Positions 56,154 through 64,000 of a stretch of 64,000 nucleotides of DNA are shown one piece after another (positions within the stretch are counted from its first letter, which is position 1; every line of letters begins with the position of its first letter). Below the pieces are notes generated by a model. It searched no databases and was not told the origin of the DNA. It saw nothing but the letters and a program-made list of their open reading frames with translations. Position numbers and translations under genes: made by a program. Location: assembly GCA_016705575.1 (NCBI GenBank), contig JADIXX010000003.1:788500-852499 (forward strand), in the 5' to 3' direction. This DNA is from Candidatus Aalborgicola defluviihabitans. GTDB taxonomy: Bacteria; Pseudomonadota; Gammaproteobacteria; Burkholderiales; Burkholderiaceae_C.

Positions 56154-56446
56154 TGACGAGAACGGTGTTTACTGGGACCATGTGCCGCCACCCAGTGGCC
56201 CGGGCTGGGGCGACCGCTTTAGCCCCGGTACACGCATACCCACGGTGTTGATTGGGCCCTATGTGAATTGGCCTGCAAAGCCTGCCCGGTGTGCGCGAGA
56301 AGATGGGGGATTTGACCTCTGCGCTGAACTGAACCGTCCCGAGGTGACCGGACTTGCTCAGAGGCCCGCCGTAACCGCAGCAACCCGGGCCTTGTGAATC
56401 CATTCACCGATCTTTGGGCCGCTAGCCCCCGCCGCCTGTGCTGCAG
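56154..56446. repeat. Right copy of the diverged duplication (truncated acpA 3' fragment + intergenic + 3' end of the intact cca)
   Basis: 56154-56332 reads DENGVYWDHVPPPSGPGWGDRFSPGTRIPTVLIGPYV, then carries a ~66-bp deletion relative to acpA and ends ...DLTSALN-stop. The rest matches 54128-54236. Confidence 0.85.
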
Positions 56447-57644
56447 TCGCTATTGTGTTGGTAGCAACGGATAGCGCCAGTTGCAGCGCCAAGGCCAGTC
56501 GCGGCGCCTGCGGGTAGGGTGCATCGTGCAGCCCCAGGCGGCCACGGGCATCGCATTCGCACGCCAGCAGGATGTCGGCAAAGCGGGCCGGCTTGCGAAA
56601 CGCATCGCAGCGCTCCAGCAGGCGCACGATGGCCCCGGCGTTGAGGTCCGCACTGCGGTGAATATTGCCGTGCTCACGGGCCACCACCTCGGCCAGTTCC
56701 TTGCACTCCACCGGCACCCGCAGGCGCTCACACAGGGTCTTGAGCAGGCGCACGCTGCGCTGCTCGTGGCCAATGTGGCGCGGCAGCACATCGGCAGGGG
56801 TGGTGCCCTTGCCCAGGTCGTGCGTCAGGCAGGCAAAACGCACCGGCAGGCTGGCGTTGAGCCGGGCTGCCATGTCCAACACCAGCATCAGGTGGGCGCC
56901 GGTGTCTACCTCGGGGTGGTGCTCCACGCTTTGCGGCACGCCCCACAGGCAGTCCACTTCGGGTAGCAGCCGCACCAAAGCGCCACAGTCGCGCAACACG
57001 GTGAACATGCGCGAAGGCAGGGCCTCCATCAGGCCGCGTGCCAGCTCCTGCCAGACGCGTTCAGCGACCAGGTGGTCCACCTCGTCGGTCTGCACCATCT
57101 CGCGCATCAGGGTCTGGGTTTCGGGGGCCACATGGAACTCGGTAAAGCGGGCAGCAAAGCGCGCCAGGCGCAGGATGCGCACGGGGTCATCCCGAAAGGC
57201 CGGGGTCACATGGCGCAGCGCTTTGTCGGCAATGTCCTGGATTCCACCATAGGGGTCCACCAGCGCACCGCTTGCGTGCCAGTGTGCTGCCAGCGCCAAT
57301 GGTTCTGCATCAAATTCGGCTCTAGCCCTCGTCGAATCTACGTGAACAGCTATTGAATTAATAGTAAGGTCGCGCCGGGCCAGGTCCTCTTCCAGCGTCA
57401 CGCCGGGGCTGGCGTGCACGGCAAAGCCATGGTAGCCCGGTGCCGTGTTCCGCTCGGTGCGGGCCAGGGCGTATTCCTCGTGGGTTTTGGGGTGCAAAAA
57501 AACCGGGAAATCCCGTCCCACCGACACAAAGCCTTGGTCCAGCAGGTCTTGCGGTGTGGCGCCCACGACGACCCAGTCGTGGTCTTTCACCCGCAATCCC
57601 ATCAGGGTATCGCGGACGGCGCCGCCGACTAGGTAGATTTCCAT
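56358..57644 (-). CDS. cca: Multifunctional CCA-adding tRNA nucleotidyltransferase with HD domain
   Basis: [32 protein letters not shown], and a C-terminal HD phosphohydrolase domain (CLTHDLGKG). Start at ATG 57644. Confidence 0.92.
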   Translation of the reverse strand: MEIYLVGGAVRDTLMGLRVKDHDWVVVGATPQDLLDQGFVSVGRDFPVFLHPKTHEEYALARTERNTAPGYHGFAVHASPGVTLEEDLARRDLTINSIAVHVDSTRARAEFDAEPLALAAHWHASGALVDPYGGIQDIADKALRHVTPAFRDDPVRILRLARFAARFTEFHVAPETQTLMREMVQTDEVDHLVAERVWQELARGLMEALPSRMFTVLRDCGALVRLLPEVDCLWGVPQSVEHHPEVDTGAHLMLVLDMAARLNASLPVRFACLTHDLGKGTTPADVLPRHIGHEQRSVRLLKTLCERLRVPVECKELAEVVAREHGNIHRSADLNAGAIVRLLERCDAFRKPARFADILLACECDARGRLGLHDAPYPQAPRLALALQLALSVATNTIATAAQAAGASGPKIGEWIHKARVAAVTAGL

Positions 57645-57660
57645 GTTCTTTGGGGTCGTA

Positions 57661-58344
57661 CTAGGGTTTGAGGCGGTAGGGCTCTTCAAAATTACGGAAG
57701 TCTTTTTCCGCCAGAGCCTGGGTGATCCAGTTTTGCACGCCGGGCAGGGCGCAGACGCGCTCCACGTAGGCCGCAACATTTGGCGGGACGGGTAGCGCGT
57801 AGGTCTTCAGGCGCATGCAAACCGGTGCAAAGAAGGCATCGGCCACCGTGAACTCGCCAAACAACAGCGGACCACCATGCGCTTGCAGCAGCCCAGTCCA
57901 CATGTCCACCAGACGCTGCACGTCGGCACGCACGGCGGGTTTGTCGCGCCAGATCAGGGCGCCGGTGTCGGCCAGATGGGCTTCGATGTTCATGGGGCAG
58001 GCACCTCGTAGCGCGGTGAAGCCGCTGTGCATTTCGGCGCACACGCTGCGCGCACGGGCGCGTGCGGCGCGGTCAGCAGGCCACAGGTGTTTTTCGGGAA
58101 ACCGCTCAGCCAGGTATTCAGCAATGGCCAGGGTGTCCCAAATGGCCAGATCGCCATCCACCAGCAGGGGCACCTTGCCGGTGGGGGTTATGCCCTGCAG
58201 GGTGCTTTTGAACTGCGAGCCGGCGTCGAACGAATCAAAGCGCACCATCGTTTCTGTAAATGCTATGCCGCTCTGTTGCAGCAGCACCCAGGGGCGCATG
58301 GACCATGACGAATAGTTTTTGTTGCCGATGTAGAGCGTGAGCAT
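57661..58344 (-). CDS. Glutathione S-transferase-family protein
   Basis: N-terminal thioredoxin-like GST domain (LYIGNKNYSSWSMRPW ... GKVPLLVDG..IWDTLAIAEYL) and a helical C-terminal domain. Confidence 0.8.
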   Translation of the reverse strand: MLTLYIGNKNYSSWSMRPWVLLQQSGIAFTETMVRFDSFDAGSQFKSTLQGITPTGKVPLLVDGDLAIWDTLAIAEYLAERFPEKHLWPADRAARARARSVCAEMHSGFTALRGACPMNIEAHLADTGALIWRDKPAVRADVQRLVDMWTGLLQAHGGPLLFGEFTVADAFFAPVCMRLKTYALPVPPNVAAYVERVCALPGVQNWITQALAEKDFRNFEEPYRLKP

Positions 58345-58378
58345 GGTGCGGTCCTTGTGGAATGGGTGATGTTAGGGG

Positions 58379-60379
58379 TCAGGGCAAGTCTTCGGTGGGG
58401 GTGGGCAGTGTCGCGTCGCGCGGGCCCACGTTGCCCAGGCGGGCTTTGAGCGACTGGGGCTGGCCGGTTATTAGCGCGGCATAGTTGGTGGTGTTGGAGA
58501 GCACCTTTTTCACATAGTCGCGTGTTTCGCTAAAGGGCACGTTCTCGGCCCAGATCGCGGCCTCCAGAACCGGTGCGCCGCTCTGGCCGCGCCAGGTGCG
58601 GGGGCGTCCGGGGCCGGCGTTGTAGGCAGCAGCGGCCAGGGGCATGGAGCCATCAAAGCTGTCGAGCACCAGCTTCAGGTAGCCGGTGCCGATGGCGATG
58701 TTGGTGTCCCGGTCGACGATGTGGTGGGGCAGGAAGCTGGTCAGGCCCAGCTTCTTGGCTGTCCACTTGGCTGTGGCGGGCATTACCTGCATCAGGCCCG
58801 AAGCGCCCACGCCAGACTTGGCGTCCATGATGAAGCGGCTTTCCTGGCGAATTAGGCCGTAAACATAAGCCGGGTCCAAGCCGATTTGGGCGGTGCGCGC
58901 CACCACCGCCGCCTTGAATGGCATGGGAAAGCGCTGCTCAAAGCTGATGAAGGACTTGGTGCGCTCGCTGGTGTTGATGCAGCGGTCCCAGACCTCGTTT
59001 TGGCAGGCCAGGTCGGCGGCGGCCAGCAGGCTGCGGTCATCCATGCCGCCGCGCACGTGCAGGTTGGTGCTGTAGTTCCACTCACGCACCCCTTCGGATC
59101 GCAGCCCCATGCGGATGGCATACAGCGCCCGGATCAATCCTGGATTGGTACGTGCGGCGTCTTGTTCGACCTTGGTCAGCGGCTCGGGCTTGGGCGCTAC
59201 CGTGATGCGTTGCCCCAGTTCCTCCAGCGCCAGTTGCTCGTAAAAACCGCGCACGCTGGCAATGCTTTCCAGCAATTGCAGGGCCTGGGCGCGGGAGCCC
59301 TCGGTATTGGTCTGTAACAAGAGGCCGCGCGCACGCCAATAGACCCAGGCAGGGTCGTTGCGTTGGGCCTCACCCATGGCACCAGTGGCAGACAACACCT
59401 GCGACCATTTACCGGCACGCAGGGCAGCGCGCACTTGCCAAGCCAGGTGGTCTTCGTGCATGAACGGGGCCTGACCACGAGCAAAGTAGTCTGGCGCATC
59501 GCTGGATAGCTTTTGCGCCGCGCGTTTGCCAATCACGCCCCAGATCCAGCTGCGTTCTTCCTGGGTGAGCTGGGCTTTCCAGCGCAGCTTGTCGATCTCG
59601 ACTGCGGCCTCGGCCGGGTCCAGAGTAGCCTGGCGGATCAGCGCCAGCGACACCAGCTCACGCGTCTTGGGTTGAAAGGCGGTGAGCTTGTCATTGAGGT
59701 ATTTGCCGGGGTTCAGGTAAATGGCATTCACGTTCTTGACCGAACCGGGGCTGACAATGCCCACGGCCTGGGTTACGACCCGCAGGCGGTCGTTTTCCAT
59801 GCCCAGCCGTGCGCGCAGCCACACCATCTGGTTGGAGGTTGTGTGGTCCTTCACCAACTGTTCGGCAGCGGCGGCACAGCCTTCGTCGGCGTCCTTCAGG
59901 CCCAGCCAAACGTCTTTAACCTGCGCCGTGTTGTCCACGCCACTGCTCAGGTGCTCGGCGAGCAATGCATAACAGCGCACCGACTTGTCGTCGTTCATGC
60001 GGTAAAGCGGGTATTCACGGTTAAACGCCACCCAGTCGCGGTTGCGGCCCAGTTGCAGCAGCAACTCGGCGCGCAGTCGGTCTTCTTGGTAGGTTCCGCT
60101 GTAACGGGTAAAGAAGTCTTGCACCTCGGTGGGGCTGGCTGTGTCTAGCCGGGCCGACAGATCCCAGTACGCGGCCCAGGGTTCGAGCAGGTGGCCGCGC
60201 GCTTGGGGCAACAGGGCGGTCAGGCGCTTGCGGTCGCGCTGCTTGTACGCCTGGTTCATCTCCAAAATGGTGGCGTCGGTGCGGGAAATGTCCGGGCTTT
60301 GGGCCCGGACGGGGATAGAAGTGGACACCAGAAATGCGCCGGTGAGCGCTATCGATGTCAGAATGGCTGAAAACTGCAT
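58379..60379 (-). CDS. slt: Soluble lytic murein transglycosylase (Slt70-like)
   Basis: Signal peptide, a long superhelical N-terminal region, and a C-terminal SLT domain (IRQESRF, ASGLMQVMPATA, AAYNAGPGR). Confidence 0.9.
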   Translation of the reverse strand: MQFSAILTSIALTGAFLVSTSIPVRAQSPDISRTDATILEMNQAYKQRDRKRLTALLPQARGHLLEPWAAYWDLSARLDTASPTEVQDFFTRYSGTYQEDRLRAELLLQLGRNRDWVAFNREYPLYRMNDDKSVRCYALLAEHLSSGVDNTAQVKDVWLGLKDADEGCAAAAEQLVKDHTTSNQMVWLRARLGMENDRLRVVTQAVGIVSPGSVKNVNAIYLNPGKYLNDKLTAFQPKTRELVSLALIRQATLDPAEAAVEIDKLRWKAQLTQEERSWIWGVIGKRAAQKLSSDAPDYFARGQAPFMHEDHLAWQVRAALRAGKWSQVLSATGAMGEAQRNDPAWVYWRARGLLLQTNTEGSRAQALQLLESIASVRGFYEQLALEELGQRITVAPKPEPLTKVEQDAARTNPGLIRALYAIRMGLRSEGVREWNYSTNLHVRGGMDDRSLLAAADLACQNEVWDRCINTSERTKSFISFEQRFPMPFKAAVVARTAQIGLDPAYVYGLIRQESRFIMDAKSGVGASGLMQVMPATAKWTAKKLGLTSFLPHHIVDRDTNIAIGTGYLKLVLDSFDGSMPLAAAAYNAGPGRPRTWRGQSGAPVLEAAIWAENVPFSETRDYVKKVLSNTTNYAALITGQPQSLKARLGNVGPRDATLPTPTEDLP

Positions 60380-60388
60380 GTGGAGATT

Positions 60389-60988
60389 ATGGACAAGTCA
60401 GAAGAATCAACGGCAGCGGCCAAGAAAGCCCTGCGCAAGGCGTTACTAGAGAAACGCCTGAACTTGCCAGATCGCCTACAGCAGTCGGATCTGTTGCAGC
60501 AGGTCATGCGCATCTGGCTGGTGGGCCGGCCCGACACCGTCATCGGCGCCTATTGGCCCATCAAGGGTGAGTTTGACCCCCTGCCGGCCCTGCACCGTTG
60601 GAAAGAAGACGGTGAGTTGCTGGATCAAACCCAGTTGCGCCGGATTGGCCTGCCGGTAGTGAACAAAGAGCACAAGACCATGACCTTCCATGCCTGGTAT
60701 CCGGGCTGCCCCATGGAAGAAGACGCCTACGGCATCCCCAAACCGAAAGACACCGAGGTCATCGTGCCCACCCTGCTGTTTGCGCCCTGTGTGGGCTATG
60801 GCCCTGGCGGCTACCGCCTGGGCTACGGCGGCGGTTTTTACGACCGCATGATGGCCGCTTTGCAACCCAAGCCATTTACCGTGGGCCTGGGCTTTGGCGT
60901 GGGTTATGTGGACGACTTCGAGCCCGAACCGCACGATGTGCCACTGGACGCCATTTTGAACAACCACGGCGTGGTGTGGCCGATTTAA
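60389..60988 (+). CDS. 5-formyltetrahydrofolate cyclo-ligase
   Basis: LRKALLEKR..., WPIKGEFDP, YGIPKP, LLFAPCVGYGPGGYRLGYGGGFYDR. ATG 60389 is preferred over GTG 60380. Confidence 0.8.
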   Translation: MDKSEESTAAAKKALRKALLEKRLNLPDRLQQSDLLQQVMRIWLVGRPDTVIGAYWPIKGEFDPLPALHRWKEDGELLDQTQLRRIGLPVVNKEHKTMTFHAWYPGCPMEEDAYGIPKPKDTEVIVPTLLFAPCVGYGPGGYRLGYGGGFYDRMMAALQPKPFTVGLGFGVGYVDDFEPEPHDVPLDAILNNHGVVWPI

Positions 60989-61017
60989 CAGCAAGCAAAG
61001 AGATAGAGATACCGACA

Positions 61018-62187
61018 ATGACTGACACCTCCGTTCCGCCTACCAAACCCGCCGCCGCTGCGCGCAAGAAAGCCAAGTCAGTCACCACCCCGCGCACCGC
61101 CGCCCGGGGCGACATTGCACCAACAACCCGGGCACGCGCCATTGGCAAGTTTGTGGCCAAAGAGGCGGTGGACGCGGCCCAGGGCAAGGCAGTGGCTGCT
61201 GCGCTGGAGCTGGTGCGCCCCGATGCCCAGGGCACTGCCGCCGAGCGCGCCAAGGGCCTGCGTGCCATGTTGGAGGGCGCATCCGCCGACGATGCCAGCG
61301 TGCTGCGCGAGGCGCTCAATGGTCGCCTGAAAGGCGTTAACAGCAGAAGGGGTGTGCTGCACCCCGATGACGAGTTGGCGCAGGATTGGCGCGATGGCGG
61401 CTACCCGTATCGCAACCTCATGCGCCGCGCTAGTTATGAGGAGCAAAAATTCCATCTGCAGGTGGAGTTGCTCAAGCTGCAAGCGTGGGTCAAGGAAAGC
61501 GGACAGCGCGTAGTGATTTTGTTTGAGGGCCGAGACGCCGCCGGCAAGGGCGGCGCCATCAAGCGCTTCATGGAACACCTCAACCCGCGTGGCGCCCGCG
61601 TAGTGGCGCTGGAAAAGCCCAGCGAAATGGAGCGGGGCCAATGGTATTTCCAGCGCTATGTTCAGCACCTGCCCACGCGGGGTGAGATCGTGCTGCTGGA
61701 TCGCAGCTGGTACAACCGCGCCGGCGTGGAGCGGGTCATGGGTTTTTGCAACCAGGATGAATATTTTGAATTCATGCGTCAGACGCCCGAGTTTGAGCGC
61801 CACCTGGTGCGCAGCGGTGTGCACCTGATCAAGTTCTGGTTCAGCGTCAGCCGCAAGGAACAGCGCCGCCGCTTCAAAGAGCGCGAAAGCCACCCGCTGA
61901 AGCAGTGGAAGCTAAGCCCGATCGACATGGCATCCCTAGACAAATGGGAAGACTATACGCAGGCGAAGGAAAACATGTTTTTTGAGACCGATACGGCCGA
62001 CTCACCCTGGACCGTGATCAAGAGCGACTGCAAGAAGCGCGCCCGCCTGAACGCCATGCGCTATGTGTTGCACAAACTGCCCTACGCCAACAAGGACCTG
62101 CAGCAGATCGGCAAGCTCGATCCGCTGATCGTCGGTCGTGCGCATGTGGTGTATGAAAGGGGTGAGAACCCGAATGCGATTTTGTAG
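61018..62187 (+). CDS. ppk2: Polyphosphate kinase 2 with a ~130-aa Ala/Lys/Arg-rich N-terminal extension
   Basis: PPK2 core (ILFEGRDAAGKGGAIKR, DRSWYNRAGVERVMGF, KFWFSVSRKEQRRRF, SPWTVIKSDCKKRARLN). Confidence 0.9.
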   Translation: MTDTSVPPTKPAAAARKKAKSVTTPRTAARGDIAPTTRARAIGKFVAKEAVDAAQGKAVAAALELVRPDAQGTAAERAKGLRAMLEGASADDASVLREALNGRLKGVNSRRGVLHPDDELAQDWRDGGYPYRNLMRRASYEEQKFHLQVELLKLQAWVKESGQRVVILFEGRDAAGKGGAIKRFMEHLNPRGARVVALEKPSEMERGQWYFQRYVQHLPTRGEIVLLDRSWYNRAGVERVMGFCNQDEYFEFMRQTPEFERHLVRSGVHLIKFWFSVSRKEQRRRFKERESHPLKQWKLSPIDMASLDKWEDYTQAKENMFFETDTADSPWTVIKSDCKKRARLNAMRYVLHKLPYANKDLQQIGKLDPLIVGRAHVVYERGENPNAIL

Positions 62188-62199
62188 ACGGGCTCAGGG

Positions 62200-62634
62200 T
62201 CAGCCGCGCTGTCGGCTGGGCCAGCGGTAGCCCAGGACGGTGGACGTTGGGTAGAAATGCTCACGCACCTGCTCCAACTGGTTGCCGCCCAGCAGGTGTA
62301 CATGGTATTCATCTACACGCAGAAAAAAGCCAACATGGCCTTTCCAGCCGCTGGGGTCTTCGCGTGACAACACCACGATGCAGCCGGGCACAGGGATGTC
62401 CAACGGTTCGCCCCAGTCCAACCAGGATCTGGCCAACGCGGAGCCGGTTCCCATGATATTTACCTGGGCCAGCGACCAGTTGATGAATGAAGAACACCAC
62501 GATGCCTTGTCGTCGTAACCCGCAATATTAGTGTTCGTGTGGTATTCGGTTACACGCGGATTGCTTTGACCCGGAGGGTAGGTGTGGACACCCACCTCAG
62601 CAACTGCAACGGACATCCACGGTGCGGACTGCAT
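62200..62634 (-). CDS. NlpC/P60- or CHAP-like small protein (TIGR02594-like conserved hypothetical)
   Basis: SWCSSFINWSL (candidate nucleophile Cys) ... GCIVVL ... KGHVGFFL ... LLGGNQ. Confidence 0.55.
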   Translation of the reverse strand: MQSAPWMSVAVAEVGVHTYPPGQSNPRVTEYHTNTNIAGYDDKASWCSSFINWSLAQVNIMGTGSALARSWLDWGEPLDIPVPGCIVVLSREDPSGWKGHVGFFLRVDEYHVHLLGGNQLEQVREHFYPTSTVLGYRWPSRQRG

Positions 62635-62637
62635 AGT

Positions 62638-63189
62638 TTACCGATTCTTTGGTTTGTTCTGCAACAGTGCGTGGATCTTTTCAACCGTGGCCCAGTTTCG
62701 GGTGGTGCCGGTGTCGGCCAAGCCCTTCAAGATCGCCACGGCAGCTTTGCTTTGCAGGATGCCGTCGGCACACCAGATGTAGGCCGCATGGGGGCGGATA
62801 TGCAGGGACTCGTTGCCCCATTCATCATCCGCCAATGGCGCCAACTTCTGTAGAGCCGAATTGTCACTGGTAAGTGCCACCAACACGCGCGAAGGGTCCA
62901 GCAACTGTTCGGCAAACGGGTTGCAGGACACCACGTCCGCGATGTCCTTGGCGGCCTTGACGATCACCAGCGCATCGACCCCTAGTACCTGGGCAACAGC
63001 AACCCGAATTCGCGTTGCGTGCTTTGCGGCGGATGAAGATGGACTGTGAAATGTGGCATTGCCGCTGTTGAGCAATGTTTGCACATCCGTGTAACCCATT
63101 CCAGTCAGCAGCGCGCGCAGATCGGCCATGGCGATGCGCTTGGCCTTGCCGACGTTGATGCCTCGAAACAGGGCGACGAAGCGGGTCAC
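62638..63189 (-). CDS. DUF1697-domain protein
   Basis: MTRFVALFRGINVGKAKRIAMADLRALL...LLNSGN, a typical DUF1697 N-terminus. 183 aa. Confidence 0.72.
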   Translation of the reverse strand: MTRFVALFRGINVGKAKRIAMADLRALLTGMGYTDVQTLLNSGNATFHSPSSSAAKHATRIRVAVAQVLGVDALVIVKAAKDIADVVSCNPFAEQLLDPSRVLVALTSDNSALQKLAPLADDEWGNESLHIRPHAAYIWCADGILQSKAAVAILKGLADTGTTRNWATVEKIHALLQNKPKNR

Positions 63190-63201
63190 GTTGTGTTCAC
63201 T

Positions 63202-63666
63202 TCAGGGTTGGGGAATCTGCACAAATGTCTTCATCACGATGGCCCGGTCCTCCTCGCTGGCAATGGCTTGGATGGCGACTTTGGCGCTCTCATAGGCGCG
63301 CCGGTGAATAGCGCTGGCACCAGCGATGCAGGCGGCATGGGCGTAGATGGCGTGGGCGAAGGCGACTTCCCAGTCTGGCGTGTCGTTTGCCAGAAAATAG
63401 GCATGCATCTCCTGCGCAAACTGGAAGCTGGATGCGCCCTGTCCGAGCAGGGCATGTACTTCGGCCAACAGCATGGTGGCACGCATGCGATTCAACTCGG
63501 TGCCGATCACGGCCCAATGCCAGGCGGATGCGTGGGCAGCGTCCAGCATTTCGCGATCTTGGTCAGGGGTTCGGACGACGGTGGTCAGGTCCCAGGCGCG
63601 GTTATTGGTCTGTACTGCAAAGCGCTTGTGCCATGCAAGCGCGTCGGGGTTGTCTTGGTTTTGCAT
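63202..63666 (-). CDS. Hypothetical protein
   Basis: ORF with the start taken at MQNQDNP (ATG 63666). Helical, no family recognised. Confidence 0.4.
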   Translation of the reverse strand: MQNQDNPDALAWHKRFAVQTNNRAWDLTTVVRTPDQDREMLDAAHASAWHWAVIGTELNRMRATMLLAEVHALLGQGASSFQFAQEMHAYFLANDTPDWEVAFAHAIYAHAACIAGASAIHRRAYESAKVAIQAIASEEDRAIVMKTFVQIPQP

Positions 63667-63723
63667 AGGGGTCTTTCTGAGACGGTGTTGTTCTACCATT
63701 ATTTGTTGTGGATGCCCCAAATT

Positions 63724-64000
63724 TTAGGGACGTGGCTTGCGGGCCTTGGCGTACAGAGCAGCCTGAAATGCCAGGCTGGCCCAGGTTGCCATGGCGTGGG
63801 CTGAGTCCATCGCCTCTTCAGGAGCACTGTAGTAGTTCATGCCGCGCGACACCGACTTGCCATCTTTGGTGGAATGGTAGGTGAAGCGCTCGCAGCCAGC
63901 GGCTTCCCATTGATGGCGGTTGTTGTCGTTGGCTTTGAGCCACAATTTTTCGCCCGACCCCAGGTTGGCAATGATGGCAATCGTGAGTCCATCGGTGCTG
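63724..64000 (-). CDS. Hypothetical protein, 3' part (5' end is beyond the window)
   Basis: The frame stays open from 63724 to the window edge (...TDGLTIAIIANLGSGEKLWLKANDNNRHQWEAAGCERF...). No family recognised. Confidence 0.35.
   Translation of the reverse strand, partial: STDGLTIAIIANLGSGEKLWLKANDNNRHQWEAAGCERFTYHSTKDGKSVSRGMNYYSAPEEAMDSAHAMATWASLAFQAALYAKARKPRP

Overview
The window is 64 kb of high-GC chromosome. Gene content and protein signatures look betaproteobacterial (Burkholderiales/Comamonadaceae-like), but that placement is an inference. I recognise no rRNA, tRNA or CRISPR array.

Most of the window is densely packed housekeeping genes:
- Translation and RNA: tyrS, dtd, ybeY, phoH, arfB, ttcA, rsgA, cca.
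- DNA repair: ruvA, ruvB.
- Chaperones and redox: cbpA, cbpM, trxC.
- Folate: a pabB-pabC fusion, folB, an SDR and a 5-formyl-THF cyclo-ligase.
- Cell wall: mrcA, slt.
- Other: ppk2.

Five things stand out.

1. A divergent locus at 36.5-44.1 kb is my best candidate for an uncharacterised system. One arm has an MTA-phosphorylase gene, a radical-SAM/Cys-rich (ArsS / selenodomain-type) enzyme and two dedicated transferases. The other arm is a translationally coupled operon: a TVP38-flavoprotein disulfide reductase fusion, DUF3047 and a SelD-N-terminal-like oxidoreductase.
2. A visibly lower-GC block lies at about 21.5-29.4 kb. It carries an ECF42-type sigma factor with YciI/DUF1428/VOC genes and a candidate cognate promoter.
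3. A mosaic scar at 53.9-56.4 kb has diverged partial copies of acpA and cca flanking an IS91-family transposase remnant and an orphan solute-binding-protein gene.
4. A single ORF fuses a fatty-acid-hydroxylase domain to a YhhN (lysoplasmalogenase-family) domain.
5. Several genes are disrupted. Three have frameshifts, two of them at short homopolymers (phoH, EamA) and one in an OmpA-family gene. One has two Trp-to-stop changes (DUF6600-like). One outer-membrane protein (OMP) gene contains a ~120-bp tract of extreme poly-G/poly-C that is probably an assembly artefact. The sequence alone cannot say whether these are real decay or sequencing error.

All calls rest on reading the supplied translations and nucleotide sequence; no database search was run.
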